DNA of 64,000 nt from Syntrophaceae bacterium UBA2192 (GCA_002327315.1 DCVI01000150.1:2114-66113), one strand, 5' to 3'. Positions 18,142-27,177 are shown, counted from the stretch's first letter. Numbers and translations are program-made. The notes: generated by a model not told the origin, from the letters alone.

Positions 18142-18350
18142 ATGGGCAGGCGGCAGTGCAGGGGACTACTAATAGTCTGACTTGCTCCATTTGTCAAATC
18201 CTCACTGCAGGGGCAGGCATCCATGGAAAATTAGCGCTTGAAAGGGGGGCGGATTAAGGATATCCATAGGATAGACCGATAGTAATAGGGAACGGGTCCC
18301 GGCAGGCCGGAAAAACCTGTCGGGGCAGACATGACAAAGGAGTTGCCCGA

Positions 18351-18824
18351 ATGCGAAAGACCCTCTTCTCAATTGCCCTCATCCTCGCGGCCGCCCTGTG
18401 CGTTGCGATGACCGTAACCGTTTCCGACGCTGCGACCCTTTATCGATGGGTCGATGAGCAGGGCGTCGTTCACATCTCCGGGAATCCTCCCGAAGGAAAG
18501 ATGGAGGTTGCCCAGGCCGTTGTCGGTGAGGCAGAAGACAAGGGGCCTGGGGCAGGACCCGCCGGGGAGAAGAAGGTATTTCAAGTCCGTCCCGGGGAAG
18601 TCACCATATACACGACGCCCACCTGCCCCTGGTGCCACAAGGCGAAGGCCTGGTTTCGGGACAAGAAAATCCGCTATAAAGAGGTCGACGTGACAACCGA
18701 TAAAAGCGGCCTCGAGGAGATGGTGCGCATTTCCGGCCAGACAGGTGTTCCCGTGATCGTCGCGGGTGGCGAGGTGATCGTGGGGTTCAATCAGAACCGG
18801 CTGAACGAAATTTTCAAGGATTGA
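18351..18824 (+). CDS. exported DUF4124-glutaredoxin fusion protein
   Basis: Signal peptide, then YRWVDEQGVVHISGNPP (DUF4124-like), then a glutaredoxin fold with a CPWC active site and GVPVIV. Confidence 0.8.
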   Translation: MRKTLFSIALILAAALCVAMTVTVSDAATLYRWVDEQGVVHISGNPPEGKMEVAQAVVGEAEDKGPGAGPAGEKKVFQVRPGEVTIYTTPTCPWCHKAKAWFRDKKIRYKEVDVTTDKSGLEEMVRISGQTGVPVIVAGGEVIVGFNQNRLNEIFKD

Positions 18825-18866
18825 TTTTCTACACGCCGCGTCCATACGGAATAAGACAAAAGAAAC

Positions 18867-18995
18867 ATCACCCTCACCTCAATCCTCTGCCGGGATGGAA
18901 AGGAATCATTCCCCCTCACCCTGCCCCTCTCCCTCGTAGGGGAGAGGGAAATCAAGGAACTGGGTTTTCATAGGGAGAGGAAGATCGAGGTAATG
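18867..18995 (+). repeat. family-B ~130-bp MITE/REP-like element
   Basis: 5' end ATCACCCTCACCTCAATCCTCT, core palindrome CCCCTCTCCCTCGTAGGGGAGAGGG, and 3' end CATAGGGAGAGGAAGATCGAGG. Related copies lie at 44369-44495 and 58105-58245. Confidence 0.7.
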
Positions 18996-19247
18996 GGTCT
19001 TCTTCGGGCGGTTTTTCGTTGACTTGTAGGCCGCCCGGCGGTAATAAATAATTACATCGTTTCACCGCAGTCACCTTTCCAAACTCACTTTCGTAACCAA
19101 GCAGTTCAATCCCGGTATTTTCCACTCGTCAGCGTCACAAAAGGTCAACTCACCAGCAAACGATTCCCCGTCATCGGGGAGCGGGGCTCTTTTCGGAACC
19201 CGTCCGTTGCGCCCGTGCCGGGGAGAAGTCAAAAGGGAGGTGGTCAT

Positions 19248-19514
19248 ATGCTGTTCATGATGCTTTGCACCTGGGATCCGCAGGACGAACGGGAGGTCAG
19301 AACCAAGCGGGCAAACTGGGAGTGGCCGAAGGAGGTTCGGGTGATCTCGGAGTATTTTGATCTCCAAGGCTGCCGGACCATCTACGTAGTCGACTGCGAT
19401 GCGGTGGGGCTCATCGCCTGCCGCGCAGCCTGGATCAATCTCCTGATGTTCGAAATCTTCCCCGTCTGGCCCATCGGAGCAACCAAGGAATTGGTAAAGA
19501 AACAGGGGGCCTGA
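19248..19514 (+). CDS. DUF3303-like small protein
   Basis: GGGAGG RBS before ATG 19248. MLFMMLCTWDP...AAWINLLMFEIFPV resembles the DUF3303 pattern. Confidence 0.6.
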   Translation: MLFMMLCTWDPQDEREVRTKRANWEWPKEVRVISEYFDLQGCRTIYVVDCDAVGLIACRAAWINLLMFEIFPVWPIGATKELVKKQGA

Positions 19515-19549
19515 GGACGGCAAGTCCGCCGTGAAAGGAGGTACAGGAC

Positions 19550-19732
19550 ATGGGAAATCTGGAACTGACGCCTGTAGAGGAGAAGGAGCTTCTCTCCTTT
19601 ATCGAGCGATATTACCACGACCTTCGAGTCGAGATCGCCAACACCGATGACCGGGAATTCCGACGCTCCCTCAAGAACAAGGAGGCCGTAATCCGGAACA
19701 TCCTGGATCGCATGAAAGTCATGACCATCTGA
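19550..19732 (+). CDS. small hypothetical protein (60 aa)
   Basis: AAAGGAGG RBS and a helical, charged sequence. A terminator follows directly. Confidence 0.5.
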   Translation: MGNLELTPVEEKELLSFIERYYHDLRVEIANTDDREFRRSLKNKEAVIRNILDRMKVMTI

Positions 19733-19761
19733 TGATTTTGATCATGATCTTCCTCTGTTGT

Positions 19762-19795
19762 AAAAAAAAGACCCCGTTTTCAACGGGGTCTTTTT
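19762..19795. terminator. rho-independent (bidirectional) terminator
   Basis: AAAAAAAA-GACCCCGTT-ttc-AACGGGGTC-TTTTT. Confidence 0.8.
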
Positions 19796-20182
19796 AGCAG
19801 GGGGGGGAGGGAGACGACCCTTTCAAGAGTCGCCTCCCTGGAGGAGATCGTTTGTTTCTGGTTAACTTGCTCTTTGCTTTTTTCGGTTTCCTATTTTAAC
19901 TCGCGCTGTCGAACGAGTTGACTATGGGTATTGCACCTTCCGTGCCGGCCAGGCCAAAGAAAAATAAACAATTGATATATCTACGTTATTTGCTATTTTC
20001 TCCGTTCTTTGGTCCATGAATAGAAAGCCGAAAACGGCAATAAATGTCGAAACAGAAAAGACCACAACAGGGGGAAACCTTCGCGGAGCGGTGAAAAACC
20101 GGAGGAAAACGGCTGGCTTGACAAAATTGACGATGAAATACCGGGATTTTCGAAACAGCAGGCGAATGTCGTTATCCGGGCG

Positions 20183-20212
20183 TTGACAGACCCATGCCGG
20201 TGTCACTAGAAT
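20183..20212 (+). promoter_or_regulatory. sigma-70-type promoter giving a probably leaderless archease-rtcB mRNA
   Basis: TTGACA (20183-20188), an 18-nt spacer, then TAGAAT (20207-20212). The ATG at 20219 is 6 nt after the -10 box and there is no SD sequence. Confidence 0.4.
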
Positions 20213-20218
20213 GATGTT

Positions 20219-20635
20219 ATGAAGCCATACACCAATTTTAACCACACGGCCGACCTCGGCCTTGCCATCACGGGCGCAAGCGAAGAGAAGCTTTTTGCCA
20301 ACGCCGCCTTTGCCGTTTTCGACATCCTCACCGATCTCGGTCGCGTGGAGCCGCGCGAGACCCGCCGGATCCTGGTGGAGGGGGACAGCCGTGAGGATCT
20401 TCTGATCAACTTCCTCCGGGAGATCCTCTACCTTTACAATGGGGAGCGATGGCTCCTGAAGGAAATCCGCGTCATCAAGATCGACCAAAAGGCCCTCGAG
20501 GCGGAGGCCCGCGGCGAGCCCTTCGACGAGCATAAACACGAAATCTGCAAGGAAATCAAGGCCGTGACCTACCACCAGGCGGAAGTTCGCAAGTCCCCTG
20601 ATGGCTGGGCGGCCAGGGTGATCTTCGATGTCTGA
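20219..20635 (+). CDS. archease (RtcB activator)
   Basis: FNHTADLGL N-terminal motif and C-terminal KAVTYHQAEV...W. The gene overlaps the rtcB start. Confidence 0.9.
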   Translation: MKPYTNFNHTADLGLAITGASEEKLFANAAFAVFDILTDLGRVEPRETRRILVEGDSREDLLINFLREILYLYNGERWLLKEIRVIKIDQKALEAEARGEPFDEHKHEICKEIKAVTYHQAEVRKSPDGWAARVIFDV

Positions 20636-22070
20636 TATAAAGCTGCGACGCATCGACGAGTACCGATGGGAAATCCCGCGGGAGGGGGCCATGCGCGTCC
20701 CGGGGATTATCTACGCGAGCGACAAGCTCATGAAGGCCATGGGGAAGGATGAAAGCCCGAAACAGGTGGCCAACGTGGCCCAGTTGCCGGGGATCGTGAA
20801 GCACTCGCTAGCCATGCCCGATATGCACTGGGGTTACGGCTTTCCGATAGGCGGGGTGGCCGCTTTTGATATCGACGGCGGCATCGTCTCGCCGGGGGGT
20901 GTTGGTTACGACATCAACTGCGGCTGCCGCCTCGCGGTGACAAGCCTCCGCCGGGACGAGATCCGCCCGCAGATGGCGAAGATTGTCAATGCGCTGTTCC
21001 AGCATGTGCCTTCAGGCGTCGGCTCCAGGGGGGCTCTGAAACTCTCCCGCAGCGAGGAGAAGCGGGTTCTTGTCGAGGGGGCCCGATGGGCGGTGAAAAA
21101 CGGCTACGGCTCCCGGGGCGACCTGGAGTCCATGGAGGACGGGGGGTGTCTGCCCGGGGCAGACCCGGAGGCGGTGAGCGAAAGGGCCCTCGAGAGGGGG
21201 AAGGACCAGGTGGGCACCCTGGGCTCCGGCAACCATTTTCTCGAGGTGGAGATCGTCGAGGAGATCTTCGACAGGGACGTGGCCTCGGTCCTGGGGATCG
21301 AAGTCGGCCAGGTGGCCGTCATGATCCACAGCGGCTCCCGGGGCCTCGGTCACCAGGTCTGCGACGACTACCTGGCGAAGCTGGTGAAGCACGTCGACAA
21401 GATAGGCATCAAACTTCCCGACCGGCAGCTTGCCTGCGCCTATATTCAGTCGCCCGAGGGGCAGCAGTACCTCACGGCCATGGCCTGCGCGGCAAACTAT
21501 GCCTGGGCAAACCGGCAGATGCTCATGCACTGGACGGGCGAAGCCCTCGAGAAGGCCCTCGGCATGGGGCCCCGCGAGCTGGGCATGCGCCTTGTCTACG
21601 ATGTCTGCCACAACATTGCCAAGATCGAGGAGCACATCGTCGACGGGAAGAAGATGACCCTCTGCGTCCACCGCAAGGGGGCGACCCGCGCATTCCCTCC
21701 CGGGCACCCGGCCCTTCCGCAGAAATTCCGCAAGACGGGACAGCCCGTGCTGATCCCCGGTGACATGGGGACGGGCTCTTACGTTCTCGTGGGGACCGAG
21801 AAGTCCATGGAAATGACCTTCGGGAGCACCTGCCACGGTGCGGGGCGGGTGCTGAGCCGTGCCGCGGCCATCAAGGCGAGCAAGGGCCGGTCGATCCGCC
21901 GGGAGATGGAGGACCGCGGGGTCCTCGTCATGTCCGCCGCCAAGGGCACTCTCGCCGAGGAGATCCCCGAGGCCTACAAGGACATCGACGAGGTCGTCAA
22001 CGTTGTACACGGCGCAGGACTTTCAAGGAAAGTCGCCAGGCTCCGCGCCGTCGGCTGCATCAAGGGGTGA
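20628..22070 (+). CDS. rtcB: RNA-splicing ligase RtcB
   Basis: MPDMHWGYGFPIGG, GYDINCG, GSGNHFLE and HSGSRGLGHQ motifs, at the full 480-aa length. Confidence 0.95.
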   Translation: MSDIKLRRIDEYRWEIPREGAMRVPGIIYASDKLMKAMGKDESPKQVANVAQLPGIVKHSLAMPDMHWGYGFPIGGVAAFDIDGGIVSPGGVGYDINCGCRLAVTSLRRDEIRPQMAKIVNALFQHVPSGVGSRGALKLSRSEEKRVLVEGARWAVKNGYGSRGDLESMEDGGCLPGADPEAVSERALERGKDQVGTLGSGNHFLEVEIVEEIFDRDVASVLGIEVGQVAVMIHSGSRGLGHQVCDDYLAKLVKHVDKIGIKLPDRQLACAYIQSPEGQQYLTAMACAANYAWANRQMLMHWTGEALEKALGMGPRELGMRLVYDVCHNIAKIEEHIVDGKKMTLCVHRKGATRAFPPGHPALPQKFRKTGQPVLIPGDMGTGSYVLVGTEKSMEMTFGSTCHGAGRVLSRAAAIKASKGRSIRREMEDRGVLVMSAAKGTLAEEIPEAYKDIDEVVNVVHGAGLSRKVARLRAVGCIKG

Positions 22071-22170
22071 GCCACGAGCCACTAGCCGCAAGCCACGAGG
22101 CATCAAATGCCACGAATAGAAAATCTTGTTCTGCCTTGCGGCTTGAGGCTGAGCCCTGCAGACTGCAGGG
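22069..22170. repeat. long imperfect hairpin with AGCCRCRAG arms plus the CCCTGCA/TGCAGGG stem-loop
   Basis: Left arm GAGCCACGAGCCACTAGCCGCAAGCCACGAGGCA; right arm TGCCTTGCGGCTTGAGGCTGAGCC. Then CCCTGCA-gac-TGCAGGG at 22154-22170, between convergent genes. Confidence 0.6.
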
Positions 22171-22182
22171 CGACTATACGTC

Positions 22183-22389
22183 TCACGTCCCGCCGTACCC
22201 CACCGTCACCTTCCCCGCCTCGACGATGACGGGGACGGCGCGCCTGCCGCCGGAGAGCTTCAGCATCTCGGGAAGTCTCGCCGCATCCTTTTTCACGTCC
22301 ACATACTCCGCCTTGTCGCCATAGGCCGACCTGGCCTTGTCCGTGTAAGGTCAGCCGACCTTGCCGTAGATGATCAACTTGTCTGCCAT
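22183..22389 (-). CDS. glutaredoxin-like selenoprotein candidate (UPYT in place of CPYC), Sec codon at 22351-22353
   Basis: GGAGGG RBS. Translation: MADKLIIYGKVG-U-PYTDKARSAYGDKAEYVDVKKDAARLPEMLKLSGGRRAVPVIVEAGKVTVGYGGT. The UGA falls exactly where the Grx CxxC first Cys sits. The frame stays open for 55 more codons and carries the Grx VPVI motif. Confidence 0.7.
22323..22337 (-). promoter_or_regulatory. candidate SECIS hairpin
   Basis: AGGCC-AGGUC-GGCCU begins 13 nt after the UGA. The loop contains GGU. Confidence 0.35.
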
Positions 22390-22435
22390 GAGTGCACCCT
22401 CCATCATCTTTTTGCTGTTATCCCCGTGCCTCCTG

Positions 22436-23152
22436 CTAAGGCCGGACGGGTCCCGCGATCGGATCCTGGTACCCGTGATCGAAGAACGCCCCGTCCAGGG
22501 CAGGATTGATCCTGTAGTTGCTGAAAATCGTGAACTCCAGGGCAGTGCCAGCCAGGTCGAACCGCTCGAACCGTGCAGGGAGCCAGAGCCTGCTGTCGAT
22601 ATAAATGCGGTATCGTTCCGGCACCTGCCCCTTGACGTAATCCTTTGCATTGAGCCGGAAGGACAGAATCTCCCCGTCGAATTTGAAATCGGCGTTTTCC
22701 TGGGGCAGGTTCCTGGCATTATCGCGCAGGAAGCCCAGGAAGTAACGGAGGTGCAGCTGGTTTACGGCCTGTCCCGAGGGGGACTTGAACAGCGGGTTGT
22801 TGACCGAAAGACGGAACTGGACCGAAGGGAACACGGCAAGGGGCCTTGAGGTCACTTCATTCTCCCCCTCGGTGTAGAAGATCGTCACCCCCGGGTAAGG
22901 GCTTCGGAACTCGATCCGAAAGCGGTCCGGCTTCCGGAAATAGAACCTGAAGTCGTAGCGTTCGGACTCCCTGCTTGACTTGAAATAGATCCCTTCGATA
23001 TCGCAGGCGTAGGAGCGGAGCTTGCCGTATGCCTCCTCGATCCGGTTTGCCACCTCGAGGATCCGCTCCCGGTCCATACCGCCCTGGGCCCGGCAGTCCA
23101 GGGGATGCAGGGTCAGCAGGGCTATTGCAATCATAAGGATGCAGCGCTTCAT
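22436..23152 (-). CDS. LolA-like / outer-membrane lipoprotein-sorting-fold protein
   Basis: Signal peptide MKRCILMIAIALLTL. DRFRIEF...TIFYTEG resembles the LolA/DUF1571-like beta-sheet pattern. The start abuts the upstream stop. Confidence 0.55.
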   Translation of the reverse strand: MKRCILMIAIALLTLHPLDCRAQGGMDRERILEVANRIEEAYGKLRSYACDIEGIYFKSSRESERYDFRFYFRKPDRFRIEFRSPYPGVTIFYTEGENEVTSRPLAVFPSVQFRLSVNNPLFKSPSGQAVNQLHLRYFLGFLRDNARNLPQENADFKFDGEILSFRLNAKDYVKGQVPERYRIYIDSRLWLPARFERFDLAGTALEFTIFSNYRINPALDGAFFDHGYQDPIAGPVRP

Positions 23153-23153
23153 C

Positions 23154-24692
23154 TCACCTGAACACGAAGTAATGCTCGAACAGACCCGGTTCATCAAAAA
23201 GGGTCCGCCCCGACAGGGTGATGGCGTGGTGGCCCCGCTGCCTCATGCTCCCGATGGAAGGAATGCCCGTGGGGAAGAAGATAAACCGCTCGACCCTCCC
23301 GGAACCTTTGGCAATGCCCTCGGCGTCGAAGATGCTTGCGCCCCGGCCGTCCCCCCGGGGCAGGGCCTCCAGCATCTCGTAGGGGAGCAGCTCATAGGGA
23401 GTGCCTTCGGGCGGAGGTGCCAGGGCCAGGAGCCTCTGGACCTGGTGCCATCCCGAGATGATCCGTACGGCGGGGGATTGTCCCGCCGCCATCTCCGGGA
23501 GTCCCTGGGGGGCGAAGGGGTCGTTTGGGTAATAGCGCTGGATCGTCCGGAGCACCCGGTCCTTCGCCGGGATGAATACGTGATAGCAGCCGCAGTTGTT
23601 CATGAGATCGATCATGAACAGCCGTCCCCCTGGTTCGAAGGACAGGCGAAGGGTGAGGCCGTCGAGACGGCCGTGCTCGATTGAAGGCGCCCGGTCTCCC
23701 GCCCAGGCCGGGTACCAGAAGGCATAATTGATCTGGAGGACCGGTTCGCCCTTCACGCGGGCATGGGAGAGGTAATAATAGACCGCGGGCTTGTCCCCGT
23801 CGACGGTCAGTTCATCGCCCTTCCAGGTGATCCGCCCGACGCGGTCATAGGGGGCTGCCTCGTCCTGGATGATGACGGGCGCGTAGTGCACCGCGAGCTC
23901 CCTTGCCTCGCTGGCGGAGGGCCTGGGGATGTTGAGGGGGTTGTGCCTCGAGGCCGCGATCACCTCGCGGGCATCCCTGCCGGTGCCCTGCGGCGGCCTG
24001 TAGAAACGCAGCCTCCCCTCCACGGGGAGTTTTTCGTAAGGCATTTCGTACCAGGCGCGGAAGCGTTCGCGCACCCTCTCGGTGATTTTGTACTCGGGGA
24101 TCGTGACCAGGGGATAGAGCCCGGCGATCCGCAGGGCATTGGAGTACTCGTCGGGGACCTCGACACGGGGCGTGAGCTCGTCGTAAAAATCGGGCCGTAC
24201 CCGGTCGGCATCGTAAAGAGACTGCGAACAGGCCGCCACCCGCCGGGCAAGCTCTTCACGGCTCGCCGCGAGCGTCCTTGCGGCAACGTCGGGCAGGGTT
24301 GCAATTTCCCGATTCCTTGCCTCCAGGTCGAGCTCCCGCATCCACTGCACCCAATCCGTTTTCGCGGCCGGTTCTGAAAGACCTCCCGCAAGCGATGCCA
24401 CGAAACGATTCGCCCTCAGGTAGGGAAAGCCGGGGACGGGCGCATCCGCCGCGTTGTGCACCCCCCTCTCGAGGACGACGGCATCGAGTCTCTCGAAAAA
24501 CGCCCGGCACCCGTCAGGGCGCTCTGTCTCCCAGGGGACCCTCGTTGCCGAAAGGGTCCCGCAGCCGGCGAGGGAGAGGATCAGCAGGACGGAAAAAAGT
24601 GCACTCAGCGACGAGCATCCGCAGACCCTCGTGCCGAGGGGGTTACGGGGGGACGCCTTTAAATTTTTGTTCAACACCGTTGAACGTTCCAT
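23154..24692 (-). CDS. lipoprotein of unknown function (512 aa)
   Basis: Lipobox LILSLAGCGT. Long uninterrupted ORF with native codon bias. No recognised domain. Confidence 0.65.
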   Translation of the reverse strand: MERSTVLNKNLKASPRNPLGTRVCGCSSLSALFSVLLILSLAGCGTLSATRVPWETERPDGCRAFFERLDAVVLERGVHNAADAPVPGFPYLRANRFVASLAGGLSEPAAKTDWVQWMRELDLEARNREIATLPDVAARTLAASREELARRVAACSQSLYDADRVRPDFYDELTPRVEVPDEYSNALRIAGLYPLVTIPEYKITERVRERFRAWYEMPYEKLPVEGRLRFYRPPQGTGRDAREVIAASRHNPLNIPRPSASEARELAVHYAPVIIQDEAAPYDRVGRITWKGDELTVDGDKPAVYYYLSHARVKGEPVLQINYAFWYPAWAGDRAPSIEHGRLDGLTLRLSFEPGGRLFMIDLMNNCGCYHVFIPAKDRVLRTIQRYYPNDPFAPQGLPEMAAGQSPAVRIISGWHQVQRLLALAPPPEGTPYELLPYEMLEALPRGDGRGASIFDAEGIAKGSGRVERFIFFPTGIPSIGSMRQRGHHAITLSGRTLFDEPGLFEHYFVFR

Positions 24693-24748
24693 TCAACTGC
24701 AGCCCCTTTTTTCGTGAAGTTACCCGGAATGCCCCGGGGGTGCCATCA

Positions 24749-24819
24749 ATAATTGTTTAATGATATTGAACAATTATAAATTTTCTTTTCGACATCCCCG
24801 AATTGGCACGATCGTTTCA
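24749..24819 (+). promoter_or_regulatory. 9-bp inverted repeat plus a sigma-54-like -24/-12 element
   Basis: ATAATTGTT (24749-57) and AACAATTAT (24769-77) are perfect reverse complements. TGGCAC-gatcg-TTTCA at 24804-24819 has a perfect -24 box and TC instead of GC at -12. It lies 53 nt upstream of ATG 24872. Confidence 0.35.
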
Positions 24820-24871
24820 ATATCATAAGGCAAAGATCGGAAATAAACCAGTCGCAAGGAGGACATAAAAA

Positions 24872-25147
24872 ATGAAAAAGTCGCTTTCGATGCTGGCCCT
24901 GACCGCTTTGATCGTTCTCATCACCGGAACCTTCAGCTATGCCGAGTACGCTGCAGCCGGCGCCGACAACTTCCCCTACTTCCACCTTGGCGCCATCGTG
25001 ATCGGCGGGCTCACGATCCTCTCGCTCAAGCAGAAGTATGAGAAGATCTACCTGAGCGAAGCCGCCGGGTCCTTCGCCCTCTACGCGGTGATGATCGCCC
25101 TGTTCACCTCCCCGGTTTCCGAGGCGATCAAGAACCTGATCGGTTAA
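24872..25147 (+). CDS. small membrane protein (91 aa)
   Basis: AAGGAGG RBS, a signal/TM segment and two further hydrophobic helices. Confidence 0.6.
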   Translation: MKKSLSMLALTALIVLITGTFSYAEYAAAGADNFPYFHLGAIVIGGLTILSLKQKYEKIYLSEAAGSFALYAVMIALFTSPVSEAIKNLIG

Positions 25148-25350
25148 GAAAGAAAATCCGGGGCTCCCCGCTCGATAAGGCGGGGAGCCTGCAATGCAGG
25201 AATCAAAATGAAACGCCTCGAACGCCACATGGAAAAAACAATCCGCAAGCTCCAGTCGCAGCCGCTTCTGCTGCTTCTCGTCGCGATCTTTTTCATGGGC
25301 GGCATGATGAAGCAGGTAAAGAAGAGCTTGCCGAGCTGGGCCGTCCAGGC

Positions 25351-25494
25351 ACTATAACGACTTTCCCCTATCTGCTGAACCTTTCGCCGTCCACCGTGGA
25401 TTTCCACCGGAACAACATCCGCTCCAAGCTCGGCCTGAAAAACAAGGAAGAAAGCCTGAAGGCCCGCCTGCTGTCGCTGTCGCGGGAAGCGTAG
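25351..25494 (+). pseudogene. remnant of a LuxR-type HTH C-terminal domain
   Basis: The frame reads ...[44 protein letters not shown], which matches the LuxR/GerE recognition helix pattern (LS..TV..H..NI..KLG). No start codon or N-terminal domain exists in this frame. Confidence 0.35.
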
Positions 25495-25500
25495 AAATAC

Positions 25501-25594
25501 AAATCCCCCTTCCTCCCCCTTTATAAAAGGGGGAAAGAGGGGGATTTTCTCTTGTTACTCTTTCCTTGTGGCTTGCGGCTCGTGCCTTGAGGCT
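25501..25594 (-). repeat. family-A repeat (GGGGGATTT palindrome + AAGCCRCAAG arm), inverted copy
   Basis: Its reverse complement is nearly identical to 28032-28113 and 47647-47724. It overlaps, and supplies, the last 12 codons and the stop of CDS 25555-26283. Confidence 0.75.
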
Positions 25595-26283
25595 CTCCGG
25601 AGGTATTTCCGTGTCCACGGGCAGGCCTCGATGCAGATGCCGCAGATCGTCGAATCGATTTGCTCCCTCTCGCAGAATTCCGTTGCCTTGCGGCAGCAGG
25701 CCCAGGCGTCGAAGAACTCGTCCCGGTCAAGCCCCAGGCGCCAGTTCGTCCCCGACGGGGCCGCCGCGGGGCAGATCTCGACGCAGGCCGAGCAGGTCCC
25801 GCATCTCGACTCGTCGAGGGGATGGCCTGTCTCGAGAGGGGCGTCGGTGAGGACCGTCGTAAGCCGGATTGCCGAACCGAAGGGCTTGGTGATCACCAGG
25901 GCATTCTTCCCGATCCAGCCCAACCCCGAGCGCGTCGCGGCGATCTTGTGGGAAAGCCCCGCGCGAAGCTGAACCGCATCGAATTCCTCCGTCGTCGGTT
26001 CAAGCGCGACGGCCGCAAACCCCCGCTCCCGCAGCAGCGTTGCCGCCCGGTGCGAGAGCTCCGAGAGCTGGGTGTTTGCCCGTTGGTATTCCCGGAAGTA
26101 CTCCTTCGTCGGCCCTTTCGTGATCCGTGAGACGATCCCGGGGCTGAGGGCCACGGCAATCGAGAGGGCGCGGCCCATATCCCTGCGGTCCTCTGCCGGG
26201 ACGGCCGTCATGTCGGCAAAGCCCACGAGGGCTGCCCCGTTTTCGATAAGCATTTTCCGGATCTTTTCAGAAGAACCTGCCAT
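25555..26283 (-). CDS. QueG-related 4Fe-4S ferredoxin-domain protein
   Basis: CGTCSACVEICP and CGICIEACP cluster motifs. The N-terminal LVGFADM...SHKIAATRSGLGWIGKN resembles epoxyqueuosine-reductase-like proteins. Confidence 0.65.
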   Translation of the reverse strand: MAGSSEKIRKMLIENGAALVGFADMTAVPAEDRRDMGRALSIAVALSPGIVSRITKGPTKEYFREYQRANTQLSELSHRAATLLRERGFAAVALEPTTEEFDAVQLRAGLSHKIAATRSGLGWIGKNALVITKPFGSAIRLTTVLTDAPLETGHPLDESRCGTCSACVEICPAAAPSGTNWRLGLDRDEFFDAWACCRKATEFCEREQIDSTICGICIEACPWTRKYLRRASRHEPQATRKE

Positions 26284-26286
26284 CGG

Positions 26287-27177
26287 TCACGACCCCTTCT
26301 TCCGGCTTGCGTACTGCTGGATGACAACGCCCGCCACGATGAGGACAAGCCCCACCACGGTGGAGGGAAAGATCTCCTCGCCGACGATGAAGTGGATGAG
26401 GAAAAGCGACAGGAATGGCGAGGCGTAGACGAGGTTGCTCACCTGTGCCGTCGTGCGGGAGAGCTGCAGGGCCTTGAGCCATGTGACGAAGGTTATCCCC
26501 ATCTCGAAGAGCCCCACCCAGATGACCCCCAGGATGCCGGCCGCCGGCGGGACGCGGATCTCCCCGAAGAGAAGAACGGCAGCGAGTGTGAAGATCGAGC
26601 CGAAGACGAAATTGAGGAAGAGCTTGACGATCTCGTCGCGCCTGTCCTTCACGTTGTAGATCCAGAAGAGGGCCCAGATGACGGAGCTTCCAAGCGCAAG
26701 CAGCGCCCCCGGGAGGTTCGTGAACCTGAAGCCCAGCACATCGCCCCGGGTGGAGATGACGAGGACGCCTAAAAAGCTGACGACGATGGCCAGCACGCTG
26801 GCCCAGCGGATGGGCTGCTTGAGAATCGCGATGGAGAGCAGCACCAGCATGATGGGCCAGGTCCAGTTCAGGGGCTGGGCCTCCTGGGCGGGCAGCAACG
26901 AGTAGGCCTTGAAGAGGATGACGTAGTAGAGAAAGGGGTTGAGAAACCCGAGGGCCGCCGAGCGTGCAAGATCGGCCCCCGTGCAGGTCCTGACGGCGGC
27001 GAGTTTCCCCTGGGCAAGAAGGATGATGAACAGGACCGCCAGGGACACGAGGGATGCCCCCAGGAGCATCTCGATGAAGCTCAGATGGGCCAAGGTGAGC
27101 TTGAAGGCGGAGGCCACGGTGGACCAGAGCAGAACGGTGGCACCGGCGTAGAGATAGGCCTTCGTCTGTCGCTCCAT
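26287..27177 (-). CDS. DMT-superfamily (EamA) transporter
   Basis: About 10 TM helices in two EamA-like halves. ATG at 27177; the track start at 27201 is TTG. Confidence 0.8.
   Translation of the reverse strand: MERQTKAYLYAGATVLLWSTVASAFKLTLAHLSFIEMLLGASLVSLAVLFIILLAQGKLAAVRTCTGADLARSAALGFLNPFLYYVILFKAYSLLPAQEAQPLNWTWPIMLVLLSIAILKQPIRWASVLAIVVSFLGVLVISTRGDVLGFRFTNLPGALLALGSSVIWALFWIYNVKDRRDEIVKLFLNFVFGSIFTLAAVLLFGEIRVPPAAGILGVIWVGLFEMGITFVTWLKALQLSRTTAQVSNLVYASPFLSLFLIHFIVGEEIFPSTVVGLVLIVAGVVIQQYASRKKGS

Noticed and set aside
19000-19247. ~220-nt leader after a TTGACT-17-TAATAA promoter upstream of the DUF3303 gene, considered as a riboswitch
   Set aside because: Only small generic hairpins are present (CCCCG-tcat-CGGGG) and I recognise no conserved riboswitch core.
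22351-22719. 122-aa minus-strand track ORF
   Set aside because: Only its last 12 codons (MADKLIIYGKVG) are real, forming the start of the Grx-like selenoprotein. The upstream part overlaps the LolA-like gene in another frame and has no motifs.
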